Made by a program: the position numbers and the translations under genes. A stretch of DNA of 58,973 nucleotides from Acidobacteriota bacterium. Lineage in GTDB: Bacteria > Acidobacteriota > Thermoanaerobaculia > Multivoradales > Multivoraceae. Shown here piece by piece: positions 22,027-34,505 of this stretch. The stretch spans positions 1-58,973 of the forward strand of contig JAGWAG010000003.1 in the NCBI GenBank assembly GCA_021296535.1. Direction: 5' to 3'. How positions within the stretch are numbered: the stretch's first letter is position 1; every line of letters starts with the position of its first letter. The notes beneath the pieces were generated by a model. It searched no databases, was not told the DNA's origin, and saw only the letters and a program-made list of their open reading frames with translations.

Positions 22027-23426
22027 TCTCAAGACGCCAACTGTTGCAACTCGGAGGGCTCACGGCACTCGGCGCCGGCTGGCCGGGCGGCGCCCTGCGG
22101 GCCCTGGCCCAGAGCCCCGCTCAAGTCCGGCGCCTGATCCTGATCAGCCACTGCCACGGCTGGCCCTACGCCACCTGGAAGATGCGCCCCGACGGCGTCT
22201 CCGAGAGCGAACCCTGGTCGGTCGACCTGGAGCAACTGCCGGAGAGCGCCTTCAGCAGACCGCTGGCCCCGCTCCACGAGCACCGTCGCCGCATCCTCGC
22301 CCTGGACGGCCTGTCCCTGGCCACCGCGGAACTCGACGCCGGCGGCAACCGGCACGATCGCGGCTGGGTCCACGCCTGGACCGGCGACAACGCGGACTTC
22401 GCCGGCCGCGACACCCGCTCCACGTCGGCCTCCCTGGACCAGATGGTCGCGGCCCACGTGGCCCGGGCCGACCGGCTGCCGTCGCTGGAGGTCTCGGTCG
22501 ACGCCGCGCTCGAAGCCGGCCGGCCGATCAGCTACAACATCGGCGGCATGCGGCTGCCGGCCGAGAACACGCCGCTGCGGGCCTGGAACCGGGTCTTCGG
22601 GCCGGCATCCTCGGGCGACACGGTCGGCGCCTACCGGCGCAGCACGCTGGATTTCGCGTACGAGGAATACCGGGCGGTCGCCTCGCGCTTCGACGCGAAC
22701 GATCGCGCCCGGCTCGAGTCCCACTTCGGCCTCGTCGACCGGCTCGGCCACCGGCTCGAAGGCCTGGCGACACTCTCCTGCGAAGCCCCGGCCCGGCCCG
22801 CCAGCTCGTTCGACCGCTACGACCTGCAGTTCGACGCCTTCGTCGACATCATCGCGGCCGCCTTCAGTTGCGACATCACACGGGTCGTCTCCTTTTCCCT
22901 GGGCGAGATGCCGACGGCGGAGTTCGGCGCCGACCACGTCAGCGACAAGGTGCACAAGGGCATCGCCCACTACATCCACGAGGATGTCCGCAAGCACGAC
23001 GCGATGACGAACTACGTGGAGCACCACGGCCAGCAGGTCGCCCGTCTCGTCAGCACCCTCGAGTCGATCCCGGATGCGGGCGGCGGCTCCCTGATGGACA
23101 ACACGCTGATCGTCTGGGGCTCGGAACTCGGCGATGGCTGGCACGGCTACCGCAACTACTGCCCCGTCCTCATTGGCGGCTCCTGGGCCTTCGACACCGG
23201 CCGCTACATGTACTGGCCCCACGAGACACCGGCCCAGATGCGCGTCCCGGCACAGCTCGCCCCCGGCGGCCTCACGAAGTTCGCCGGCGTCCCCCACCAG
23301 CACCTCCTCGTCAGCATCGCCCAGGCCATGGGCCTCGACACCAACCACGTCGGCCTCCGCCACGCCTACGGCCAGCGCGGCGACTACATCGAACTCGTCG
23401 GTCCGCTCGCCGGCCTCAGGGCGTAG
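22023..23426 (+). CDS. DUF1552 domain-containing protein with Tat-like signal
   Basis: The ATG overlaps the upstream stop (ATGA). It has a twin-arginine-like N-terminus (MISRRQLLQLGGLTALGAG) and MDNTLIVWGSELGDGWHGY. The DUF1592-DUF1552 pairing is classic. Confidence 0.85.
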   Translation: MISRRQLLQLGGLTALGAGWPGGALRALAQSPAQVRRLILISHCHGWPYATWKMRPDGVSESEPWSVDLEQLPESAFSRPLAPLHEHRRRILALDGLSLATAELDAGGNRHDRGWVHAWTGDNADFAGRDTRSTSASLDQMVAAHVARADRLPSLEVSVDAALEAGRPISYNIGGMRLPAENTPLRAWNRVFGPASSGDTVGAYRRSTLDFAYEEYRAVASRFDANDRARLESHFGLVDRLGHRLEGLATLSCEAPARPASSFDRYDLQFDAFVDIIAAAFSCDITRVVSFSLGEMPTAEFGADHVSDKVHKGIAHYIHEDVRKHDAMTNYVEHHGQQVARLVSTLESIPDAGGGSLMDNTLIVWGSELGDGWHGYRNYCPVLIGGSWAFDTGRYMYWPHETPAQMRVPAQLAPGGLTKFAGVPHQHLLVSIAQAMGLDTNHVGLRHAYGQRGDYIELVGPLAGLRA

Positions 23427-23455
23427 GCCCTCCCGGGCCGACCCTGCCGCGGCCG

Positions 23456-25561
23456 CTAGTCGGGCAGGGCGAAGGCGAGCAGTTCGGCCTTGCGGGGTGG
23501 CAGACGCCGAGGCCGGGGGGGCGCGTCGGCTATGGCCGTCTTTGCGATGGAGGGGCCGGGGCCCGGCCGCTCGCCGCCGGCGGCGATGAGAATGTACTGG
23601 CGGCCTTCGTGCATGTAGGTCATCGGACCGCCGTGGAGGCTGCGGTCGACCTCGAGCTGGGCCAGGAGTTCGCCGGTCGCCTTGTCGAACGCGACGAGGT
23701 AGCTGCCGTCGGCCGAGCGGTCACCCGCCGCCATCCGACCGCCCGCGGACGGGCGATCGGACTGGTTCGCGTCTCGCTCGTTCCCTCGCGAGCCGGGTTC
23801 ATCGACGATCGGTTCGATCGAGACGACGAGGGTTTTCGTCACCAGGACGCCGCCCTCGGTGACGATGCCGTCCTGAGGCGGCGTGCCGAGCCGGTCGAGG
23901 TTCAAGTGCTTGATCGCGGGGTGGTCGCGGGGTCCCTCTCCGAGCGGCACCTGCCACAGCATCTCGCCGCGGTTCATGTCGAAGGCCGTGATCCGCCGGT
24001 AGGGCGGCTTGAGCAGGGGCAGGCCCTGGACCTTCGGCGTGGGCCGGCGGTTGATCGAGTAGCGCCAGTCGGACCGCGCCGGGTCGGGCGCCGAGAGCGA
24101 GATGGCGCCCGGCCGCGTCAGCGAGGGCACGTAGAGGATGTTCGTCTCCGGATCGAAGGAGGCGCCGGTCCAGTTCGCGCCGCCGCCGGGCCCCGGGTTC
24201 TGGACGTAAGCGCGCTTACCGTCCTCGCCGTGGACGATCGGCGGCGTGAAGACCGGGCCGATCACGTAGTCGCGGATCACCTTGAATGCCTCGGCCCGCA
24301 GCTCCGGCGTGAAGTCGATCAGGTCGTCGTAGTCGATGCCGAGCGTCTCGAACGGCGGCGGCCGCGTCGTGAACGGCTGGGTGCGCGAGAGCTTCTCGCC
24401 GGGAATGCGCGAGTGGTAGTTGACCGGCGCCTCGACGATCGGCCAGACGTGTTCCCCAGTCGCCCGGTCGAACACGTAGGTCATCGCAACCTTCGAGACG
24501 ACCGCAACCGCCTTGATCTCCTTGCCGTCGACCGTGATGTCGATCAGGTTCGGGGCCGACGCCAGGTCATAGTCCCAGACACCGTGGTGGATCGTCTGAA
24601 AGTGCCAGACGACCTCGCCGCTCTGGGCATCGAGGCAGACGATCGACTCGGCGTAGACGTTGTCGCCGTGCCTGTCGCCGCCGTAGTAGTCGTTGGTCGG
24701 CGTACCGAACGGCAGGTAGACGTAGCCGAGCTCCTGGTCGGCGCTCATCATCGACCACACGTTCGTGTTGCCCATCTTCCGCCAGGACTCGTTCTCCCAG
24801 GTCTCGATGTAGGGCTCGCCCTCCCGCGGCACGGCGTGGAACGTCCACTTCAGCTTTCCCGTGCGGATGTCGAAACCTCGCACGTCACCGGGCGGGTTGT
24901 TGTTGCGCAGCGGAAAGTCGAAGATCGTCCCGCCGATCACGATCGTGTCCGCCACGACGGTCACGGGCGCCGTCCAGTTCATGTTCCGGTTCGCACGCCC
25001 CGGCAGGAGGCCCTGCATCAGGTCGACGACGCCCTCCTCGCCGAACTCGGGGTCCGGCCTGCCGGTCTTCGTGTCGATGGACACCAGCCGCCCGCCGCGG
25101 GTCGCGATCAGGACACGCTCCGCCTCGCCGTCGGTCCAGGACTCGATGCCGCGGATCTGGACCAGCGAACCGCGCTGATCGATCTCCCAGTCCCTGGGAT
25201 CGTGCCGCCAAAGCTCTTCCCCTGTTGCCGGATCGAGCGCCGCGACCTGGCCCAGGTTGGTCGCGATGTAGACGACGCCGTCGATCATCAGGGGCATGCT
25301 CCGGTACGACCCGGGCGTTTTGTCAGTCACGTCCTTCAGCAGGACGTCGGCCGACTCCCACCGCCAGGCGACCTCGAGTTGGTCGAAGTTGTCCCGGTCG
25401 ATCTGGTCCAGGGGCGAGTACCGGGTCGAGCCGCTGTCGGCGCCGAAGTGCCGCCACTCGCCGCCTTCCGCGCCGTGCTGCGCCGCCGCCGGCCCGACGG
25501 TCGCGAGCATGACAAGCAGGACACAGAAACCCGGAACGATCCTCAGATCGAGACTCGACAT
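23456..25561 (-). CDS. PQQ-dependent dehydrogenase (quinoprotein beta-propeller), secreted
   Basis: 701 aa with a signal peptide. Quinoprotein-type segments include EWRHFGADSGSTRYSPLDQI, PLMIDGVVYIAT, NVWSMMSADQELGYVYLPFGTP and GGANWTGASFDPETNILYVP. Confidence 0.75.
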   Translation of the reverse strand: MSSLDLRIVPGFCVLLVMLATVGPAAAQHGAEGGEWRHFGADSGSTRYSPLDQIDRDNFDQLEVAWRWESADVLLKDVTDKTPGSYRSMPLMIDGVVYIATNLGQVAALDPATGEELWRHDPRDWEIDQRGSLVQIRGIESWTDGEAERVLIATRGGRLVSIDTKTGRPDPEFGEEGVVDLMQGLLPGRANRNMNWTAPVTVVADTIVIGGTIFDFPLRNNNPPGDVRGFDIRTGKLKWTFHAVPREGEPYIETWENESWRKMGNTNVWSMMSADQELGYVYLPFGTPTNDYYGGDRHGDNVYAESIVCLDAQSGEVVWHFQTIHHGVWDYDLASAPNLIDITVDGKEIKAVAVVSKVAMTYVFDRATGEHVWPIVEAPVNYHSRIPGEKLSRTQPFTTRPPPFETLGIDYDDLIDFTPELRAEAFKVIRDYVIGPVFTPPIVHGEDGKRAYVQNPGPGGGANWTGASFDPETNILYVPSLTRPGAISLSAPDPARSDWRYSINRRPTPKVQGLPLLKPPYRRITAFDMNRGEMLWQVPLGEGPRDHPAIKHLNLDRLGTPPQDGIVTEGGVLVTKTLVVSIEPIVDEPGSRGNERDANQSDRPSAGGRMAAGDRSADGSYLVAFDKATGELLAQLEVDRSLHGGPMTYMHEGRQYILIAAGGERPGPGPSIAKTAIADAPPRPRRLPPRKAELLAFALPD

Positions 25562-25614
25562 CGGCTAGACCCCTCAGGTTGGATCGGCGCATCTTACTGC
25601 GCTGTCGACGCTGC

Positions 25615-28290
<2,676 letters not shown>

Positions 28291-28510
28291 CGCTCCAAGA
28301 ATACGGCCACGAGGCACAGACATTGCGCTGCACCAATACGGCGGCAGCAGCCAAGCGCATGAGCGGTGAGGGAACAGGCAGCGAACTGAGCATCCCCGAC
28401 ATGGTGGCGATCCGCGGGGGGTCGTGCTCGGCAGGTTGCGCGAGTTCCGCTGAGCGCCGACCGCTCCGAGCGCGAAGACTCGTCGCGCCTTGACTCCGAT
28501 TGTCGGCCCC

Positions 28511-28795
28511 TCAGAGGCGATCCGGCCACCGGCGTCTCGCATGGAAGACGCGGAGAATCTCGACACACCCCGCCCGGACCCGGTAGGGGATCACGTAAGG
28601 CGTCCGCGAAACGACCAGCTCCCGCGTACCTGGAACCCGCCCGGGGCGGCCGCTGGCAGGATGATCCGAAAGCCGGTCGACGGCGTTGAAGATGGCGGAA
28701 GCCACTCGACGCGCCGCCTCGGGATCGTCGTTCGCAATGTACGCCCGCGTATCTTCGAGGTCGGCGATGGCGCTGCGAAACCAGACGATCTTCAA
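28511..28795 (-). CDS. parE: ParE/RelE-family type II toxin
   Basis: 94 aa: MKIVWFRSAIADLEDTRAYIANDDPEAARRV...GRPGRVPGTRELVVSRTPYVIPYRV...EILRVFHARR. The TTG start overlaps the antitoxin stop (TTGA). Confidence 0.8.
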   Translation of the reverse strand: MKIVWFRSAIADLEDTRAYIANDDPEAARRVASAIFNAVDRLSDHPASGRPGRVPGTRELVVSRTPYVIPYRVRAGCVEILRVFHARRRWPDRL

Positions 28796-29046
28796 CGAGG
28801 CGGTTCTCCCTCGCTGTCGCTACCCCAGGACTTGAGCCACGAAGTCACTCTGCGATGCGCCACGAACGCCGAAGCCGGCGCCCGGTCCGACTCTTCGAGA
28901 GTCTGCATGATCTCATCCACCTGCCATTCGTTCATGTCCAGGTAGTCGCTCAACGCCTTGGCAGCGAGAAAGGCCTTGGACCGCTCGGTCGAACTCGCCA
29001 GGCGGTCGAGCCGCCGGTGAGTCTCGTCGTCGAGCCGAAGCGTCAT
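28792..29046 (-). CDS. CopG/ribbon-helix-helix antitoxin (ParD-like)
   Basis: 84 aa from the ATG at 29046. MTLRLDDETHRRLDRLASSTERSKAFLAAKALSDYLD is an RHH fold signature. It lies upstream of and overlaps the ParE gene. Confidence 0.7.
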   Translation of the reverse strand: MTLRLDDETHRRLDRLASSTERSKAFLAAKALSDYLDMNEWQVDEIMQTLEESDRAPASAFVAHRRVTSWLKSWGSDSEGEPPR

Positions 29047-29191
29047 CGTAGGCAAAGACGGCCTCCTTGCAATCGGTTGCGTTCGCCTGCATTCAGTGTA
29101 CAGCAACGACCGCCTGCTCTGTCACCAAGGCTCGAGTCATGCCCGGATAGAATGCCCCGTGTGGGCGGGAGCCTCCCGCCCAGGGGACGCC

Positions 29192-30715
29192 ATGGATTTC
29201 AGTCAAGCGACTCCCGTAGCCAGCAGGATTGGCTGGCAGTCCCCCGCGCCGGTCCCCGACGGTTACCGCTTCAACCACTTCCTCGAGGCCAGTCGTGGAC
29301 GCCTGCGAGCGCACGGGCTCGACCTTGCAGCCTTCTTCGAGATCAGCCCGTCTCCCGGCCGAGGCCTTCCGGCGGAGGCGATGCCCAGCCCACTGGAAAT
29401 CGCCTTCCTGCCGAACATCCGCGCCCAGGTCGCAGCGATGGTGCGCTGCTTCCGCCGCGCCATCGACGACGTCGGCTACCCCGCCCCCTTTCACTTCGCC
29501 TTCGCCTCGAAGGCGAACACCGCCGAGGAAGTCGTCCGTTCGACGCTGGCCGCCGGCGCCCACCACGAGATGTCATCGGATGTCGACGTGGAGATCGCCC
29601 GTCGCATGATCCGGACCGGTCTGCTGCCACCGGACAGGATGGTGCTGGCGAACGGCTTCAAGGGTCCGGGCAGCGCCTACGCGCGAAACCTCGTGGCGCT
29701 CCGGGCAGAACATCCCCGCGTGATCCCCATTCTCGAGGACGCCGCTGAACTGGAAGCCTTCACCGGCAGCGGCGTGGACTTCGAGTTCGGCATCCGGTTC
29801 AGGCGACCGAGGGAAGAGCAAGGCGTCGCCGACAGGGATTCGCGCTTCGGCGTCAACGAAGCCGAGGTGCGGCGTCTCGCCGCGCGCATCGATGAGACCC
29901 CCGGCTCGCGCTTCGTCCTCCTGCACGCGATGTTCGGGTCTGCCAGCAGCGACGAGGAGGCTTTCGTGGACGCTCTCGAGCCGGGTCTCGACCTCTACGC
30001 CAGGTTGGGCCAGAGCCACCCCCACCTCCGCTTCTTCGACTTCGGAGGCGGCGTGCCCGGCAGAACCACGCTCGACCGCAGTTTCGACTACGACCGCTTC
30101 GCCCGCCTCCTGCTTCACCGGGTGCTCGCGCTCTGCGCCGCCCACGGCACTAAGCCGCCGGCCCTGATCGGCGAGTTCGGCCGCTACACGGTGTCCGAAC
30201 ACGCGGCGCACCTGTTCCGGATCATCACGGTCAAGGAGAACGGCTCCGAACTCCCCTGGTACCTGGTCAACGGCTCGATCATGACCTCCTTCCCCGACAC
30301 CTGGGCCCTCGGCGAGCACTTCATCTGCCTGCCGCTCAACCACCTCGACCGTCCCTTCCGCCGCGTGCGCCTGGGCGGCATTACCTGCGACCGGGACGAC
30401 GTGTACCCGCCCCGCGGCAGTTCGCTTCCACTCTTCCTGCCCGACCTGGACGCGTCGGACCTGGGCGAGACGCCGCTCTACCTGGGGTTCTTCTCGGTCG
30501 GCGCCTACCAGGAGATGCTCGGCGGCGTGCGCGGCAGCAAGCACTGCGTTCTGCCCGAGGCGACCGAGATCCTGATCGACGACGACGGAGAAGGCGGTTT
30601 CCGGTGCGACATCCTTCCCGGGCATACGACCGAGGACGTGCTCCACAACCTGGGGTACGGGCGGACTGCACGTGTCGGTGCGGCACGGACTACGGCCCCG
30701 GTGCCGATGGGCTGA
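29192..30715 (+). CDS. SpeA-like PLP-dependent (arginine) decarboxylase, short form
   Basis: 507 aa from the ATG at 29192. Motifs match biosynthetic arginine decarboxylase by eye: FASKAN (PLP Lys), ANGFK, SRFGV, FFDFGGGVPG, EFGRYTVSEHA, GGITCDRDDVY and SVGAYQEMLG. Substrate has not been proven. Confidence 0.65.
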   Translation: MDFSQATPVASRIGWQSPAPVPDGYRFNHFLEASRGRLRAHGLDLAAFFEISPSPGRGLPAEAMPSPLEIAFLPNIRAQVAAMVRCFRRAIDDVGYPAPFHFAFASKANTAEEVVRSTLAAGAHHEMSSDVDVEIARRMIRTGLLPPDRMVLANGFKGPGSAYARNLVALRAEHPRVIPILEDAAELEAFTGSGVDFEFGIRFRRPREEQGVADRDSRFGVNEAEVRRLAARIDETPGSRFVLLHAMFGSASSDEEAFVDALEPGLDLYARLGQSHPHLRFFDFGGGVPGRTTLDRSFDYDRFARLLLHRVLALCAAHGTKPPALIGEFGRYTVSEHAAHLFRIITVKENGSELPWYLVNGSIMTSFPDTWALGEHFICLPLNHLDRPFRRVRLGGITCDRDDVYPPRGSSLPLFLPDLDASDLGETPLYLGFFSVGAYQEMLGGVRGSKHCVLPEATEILIDDDGEGGFRCDILPGHTTEDVLHNLGYGRTARVGAARTTAPVPMG

Positions 30716-30717
30716 GC

Positions 30718-32484
30718 GTGTCCGTGTTCCGAAGTCACCAGTCGCGTGCCGCAGTCAACCACCTCGTGGTGGTGATGCTCGGCCTCCTTGCTTCCTTCCA
30801 GGTCGCCGCTGACGACTCTTCTCCCGTCTTCGTCGACCGCGCCGTCGAACTTGGAGTCGACTTCACCCACTTCAACGGCATGACGGGACATCTCTACTTC
30901 GCTGAACACATGGGCACAGGCGCAGCGCTATCGGACTTCGATGGCGACGGCGACCTGGACCTCTATCTCGGCCAGGGACATCTCCTGGCGCCGCCGGACG
31001 ATGCAGCCCCGGGAGCCGGCGGTCCGGCGCTTCGCGACCGACTGTTCCGCAACGACCTGAACACCGGCGAACTTCGGTTCACCGACATCACCGGCGAAAG
31101 CGGACTCGACGCCAGGGGCTACGCGATGGGCGTCGCTGTCGGCGACATCGACAATGACGGCGACCCCGACCTCTACATCCTGAACCTGGCCGCCAACGAA
31201 CTCTGGCGCAACGACTCCGAGCCCGGTGCGCCCCGCTTCACCAACATCACGGACGGCAGCAACACGGCCGACCCCCGCTGGAGCGCCGCCGCGAGCTTCT
31301 TCGACTTCGACGCCGACGGCCTTCTGGACCTGTTCGTCGGCAACTACGTCGAGTTTCGGGTCGCCATCCACAAGCAGTGTGCATCGGCCGAAGGGGTGTT
31401 GGACTACTGCGGCCCGAAGGCATACCAGGCGGAGGCGAACCGAGTGCTGAGGAACCTGGGCGACGGCGTGTTCGAGGACTGGACCAGCCGCCTGGGCCTG
31501 AGCGACCTGAAGCGGCCGACTCTCGGCGTTGTCGCTTCCGACTTCGACGGCGACGGCTTCACCGACGTCTACGTCGCCAACGACCAGCACGCGAACGCGC
31601 TGCTGCTCAACCAGGCCGGAGCGGGCTTCATCGACGACGCGGCGATGGCGGGCGCCGCCGTCGACGCCTCGGGGCAGCCCCAGGCGAGCATGGGCGTCCT
31701 GGCCGAGGACTTCAACGGCGACGGACTGGTCGACCTGTTCATGACCCACCTCCATCGCGAGACGAACACGCTGTACGTGAACCTCGGCGACGGCCTCTGG
31801 GACGACGCGACCCGCTCCAGCGGGCTGGGCAGACCCAGTTTCGCCTACACGGGTTTCGGCACCGCCGCGTTGGACTACGACCGCGACGGCGAACTCGACA
31901 TCGTGGTCGCCAACGGCGCCGTCAAGCGAATCGACGAGCAGTACCGGGCCGCCGAGCCGCTGCCGCTCCGCCAGAGGAACCAACTGTTTCGCGGCATCGG
32001 CCGGGGCCGCTTCGCCGAGGCGCCCGATTTCGAGGAACCCGCTGTTGCCGAAGTGAGCCGAGCGCTCGCGGCAGGCGACCTCGACAACGACGGCGACCGC
32101 GACCTCGTGATCGCCAACAACAACGGGCCGGTACGAATCCTGCTCAACCGGAATCGGCCGGAAGCCGACGGGTGGGCTGGCGTTGACCTGAGACTCCCCG
32201 GCGCGGACGACGCGGTTCCGGGGCGACGTGCGCTGGGTGCCTGGGTTGGCGCACTGCGCACCGGCGGCGCTGACCGCTTCTGGCGCCGATTCCACACTGA
32301 CGGCTCCTACGCAGCGGCCAACGACCCGCGCGTCGTCGTGCCGACAGCGAGCGAGCCGCCCACCGTCGTCGTGGTCTGGCCGAACGGCGCGCTTGAGGCA
32401 TTCCAGCTTCCTGGCCAGGGCCGCTACTTCACCCTGGTGCGCGGCCGCGGCGCGCCGGCGCCGAAGCCGGACCCGGTTCCTTGA
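30718..32484 (+). CDS. CRTAC1 / ASPIC-UnbV family FG-GAP repeat protein 1, secreted
   Basis: The GTG at 30718 lies 2 nt after the speA-like stop; alternatives are 30724 and 30775. It has a signal-like N-terminus (SVFRSHQSRAAVNHLVVVMLGLLASFQVAA), seven DxDxDG loops (DFDGDGDLDLY, DIDNDGDPDLY, DFDADGLLDLF, DFDGDGFTDVY, DFNGDGLVDLF, DYDRDGELDIV, DLDNDGDRDLV) and a UnbV-like C-terminus. Confidence 0.8.
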   Translation: MSVFRSHQSRAAVNHLVVVMLGLLASFQVAADDSSPVFVDRAVELGVDFTHFNGMTGHLYFAEHMGTGAALSDFDGDGDLDLYLGQGHLLAPPDDAAPGAGGPALRDRLFRNDLNTGELRFTDITGESGLDARGYAMGVAVGDIDNDGDPDLYILNLAANELWRNDSEPGAPRFTNITDGSNTADPRWSAAASFFDFDADGLLDLFVGNYVEFRVAIHKQCASAEGVLDYCGPKAYQAEANRVLRNLGDGVFEDWTSRLGLSDLKRPTLGVVASDFDGDGFTDVYVANDQHANALLLNQAGAGFIDDAAMAGAAVDASGQPQASMGVLAEDFNGDGLVDLFMTHLHRETNTLYVNLGDGLWDDATRSSGLGRPSFAYTGFGTAALDYDRDGELDIVVANGAVKRIDEQYRAAEPLPLRQRNQLFRGIGRGRFAEAPDFEEPAVAEVSRALAAGDLDNDGDRDLVIANNNGPVRILLNRNRPEADGWAGVDLRLPGADDAVPGRRALGAWVGALRTGGADRFWRRFHTDGSYAAANDPRVVVPTASEPPTVVVVWPNGALEAFQLPGQGRYFTLVRGRGAPAPKPDPVP

Positions 32485-32540
32485 AACGCGTGGCTGCAAG
32501 CGGCAATGGAGGAGGAGGCCCGTTGCCTGCCGGTCGACCC

Positions 32541-34505
32541 ATGCGGACCGCAAGCCGGCGGTCGCCCTCGATTGCCCTGCTTCTTGTCCTGGTGGTCGCT
32601 CCGGTCCACGCGCAGGTCGCTCTGGAGCCGGTCGAACCGCCACGGATGGACCACTACGAGACGGCTCCCCAGGAGCAGATGGCCGCCGCGCAGGCCGCAC
32701 TTGATCGCGCTCTCGACGAACCCGAGACCGAGTCTGGCCGCCTCGCCGGACTGTTCGGGCGGCTGGGCCAGCTCTACCTCCTCTACGACTTCATGTCGCC
32801 TGCGGAGGCCGCGCTGCGAAACGCCCACACGCTGGCGCCGAACGACCCTCGTTGGGCGTACTACCTCGCGATCCACTACCGGTACGAAGGCGAGCTGGAA
32901 GAGGCCCTGACGGCTCTCGACCGGGTTGTGGCCCTCACGCCTGACAACCTCGCCGCACTGACTCACCGGGCCGACATCCGCCTCGAACTCGGGCTGCTCG
33001 CCGAGGCCGAGGCCGACTACCGCCGGCTCCTGGAAAGCAACCCGGCGTACTCGGCAGCCCAGCTCGGACTCGGGCGGATCGCGTTCGAGCACGGCGCCTT
33101 CGAGGCGGCCGTCGAACGCTTCCATGCCGCCCTTGCCGGTCAACCGGCCGGGTCGGTCGTTCACCACCATCTCGGGCTCGCACTGCGGCGCCTCGGCCGC
33201 CGTGAGGAAGCCGCAGCCCAGCTCGAACAGAACGAACACCTGAGCGTCGTCTTCCCCGACCCCCTCTTCACGGCCCTGCAGAGATTGAACGTCAGCCGCG
33301 AAGCGCACATCAAGCGGGGCACGGCGGCCATGCGACAGGGCAATCCCCAAGCCGCCCTGATCGCCTTCCTCGAAGCCCTGGCCGCCCTTCCCGATGATCC
33401 GCTGACCATCTTCAACGTCGGCATGGCGTTGATCGAGCTCGGTGAAAAGGAAGAGGCCGAAGCACGCCTGAGGGAGTCGATCGCGATCAACGACAACTAC
33501 CGCGACCCCCAGTACAACCTCGCGCTGATCCTGGCCGAGCGCGGCGATCTCGAAGGCGCGGAGCGCCACTTCCGGCGGGCGGCCGAGATCGACTCCGAAG
33601 ACGTCGAGGCGCGCGTCCGGCACGCCGATGTCCTCACTCGCCTCAAACGGCCCGGCGACGCCATCGCACTCCTGGAGGAGGTACTGGCGGCCGACCCGGC
33701 TCTCCCGCTCGCTCAACTGGCGCTGGGCGCGGCGCATCAGGCGACCGGCGCGGTCGAGCCCGCGCGCGCCGCTCTCGGCAAGGTCCTCGACGCCGCACCC
33801 GGAGCAGCCGGCGAACGGGCCGAAGCTCACTATCGGCTGGCGGTGCTCTCCGAGGTCACGTCGCCGCCCGGATCGAGTGCCGGAAAGGCTGCGAAGGAAG
33901 ACCGCTCCCTTCGCGACGACAGCCGCGAAGCCGTCGCGCATCTCCGCCAGGCGATCGACCTCGATCCCGATCTGGCCGAGGCGCATGCCTTCCTGGGAAG
34001 GTTGCTGGCGAGGCGAGAGCAGTACGCCGAAGCAGCCGGCCACTTCGGCCGGGCGCTCGTCCGCGATCCGGCCAACGCCGCCTGGCACCGCGACCGGGCG
34101 ATGGCTCTCATCCTGGGCAAGCGCTACGCCGCGGCCCGCGGCGGCCTGGCCAGCGCACGGCGCACGCTGACCGGCGGCGGAAGCCCTTCCGCCGAGGCAG
34201 TAGACCACCTGGACACGCTGCTCGCACGGTTGCTGGCGGCAAGCCCGGATCCGAACGTCCGCAACGGCCCCGAGGCGCTGGCGATCGCGCAGCGCCTGAT
34301 GACGGAGAGACCGTCGATCCAGCACGCCGAGACGGTCGCCATGGCACTCGCCGAGATCGGCGACTTCGAGCAGGCCGCGGCCCTGCAGCAGCAGGTGCTC
34401 GACGAGGTGGAGCGCCGGAGTGGCGCCCCGACGGCGGGTCAGAGACAACGACTGCTCGCCTACCTGAACGACGAACCGGCCCGCGAACCGTGGTTCTCGC
34501 CCTGA
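32541..34505 (+). CDS. large secreted tetratricopeptide-repeat protein 1
   Basis: The ATG at 32541 gives the signal peptide MRTASRRSPSIALLLVLVVAPVHAQ. An alternative TTG at 32481 overlaps the upstream stop. The protein carries many TPR-like A/L/E-rich 34-aa repeats. Confidence 0.8.
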   Translation: MRTASRRSPSIALLLVLVVAPVHAQVALEPVEPPRMDHYETAPQEQMAAAQAALDRALDEPETESGRLAGLFGRLGQLYLLYDFMSPAEAALRNAHTLAPNDPRWAYYLAIHYRYEGELEEALTALDRVVALTPDNLAALTHRADIRLELGLLAEAEADYRRLLESNPAYSAAQLGLGRIAFEHGAFEAAVERFHAALAGQPAGSVVHHHLGLALRRLGRREEAAAQLEQNEHLSVVFPDPLFTALQRLNVSREAHIKRGTAAMRQGNPQAALIAFLEALAALPDDPLTIFNVGMALIELGEKEEAEARLRESIAINDNYRDPQYNLALILAERGDLEGAERHFRRAAEIDSEDVEARVRHADVLTRLKRPGDAIALLEEVLAADPALPLAQLALGAAHQATGAVEPARAALGKVLDAAPGAAGERAEAHYRLAVLSEVTSPPGSSAGKAAKEDRSLRDDSREAVAHLRQAIDLDPDLAEAHAFLGRLLARREQYAEAAGHFGRALVRDPANAAWHRDRAMALILGKRYAAARGGLASARRTLTGGGSPSAEAVDHLDTLLARLLAASPDPNVRNGPEALAIAQRLMTERPSIQHAETVAMALAEIGDFEQAAALQQQVLDEVERRSGAPTAGQRQRLLAYLNDEPAREPWFSP

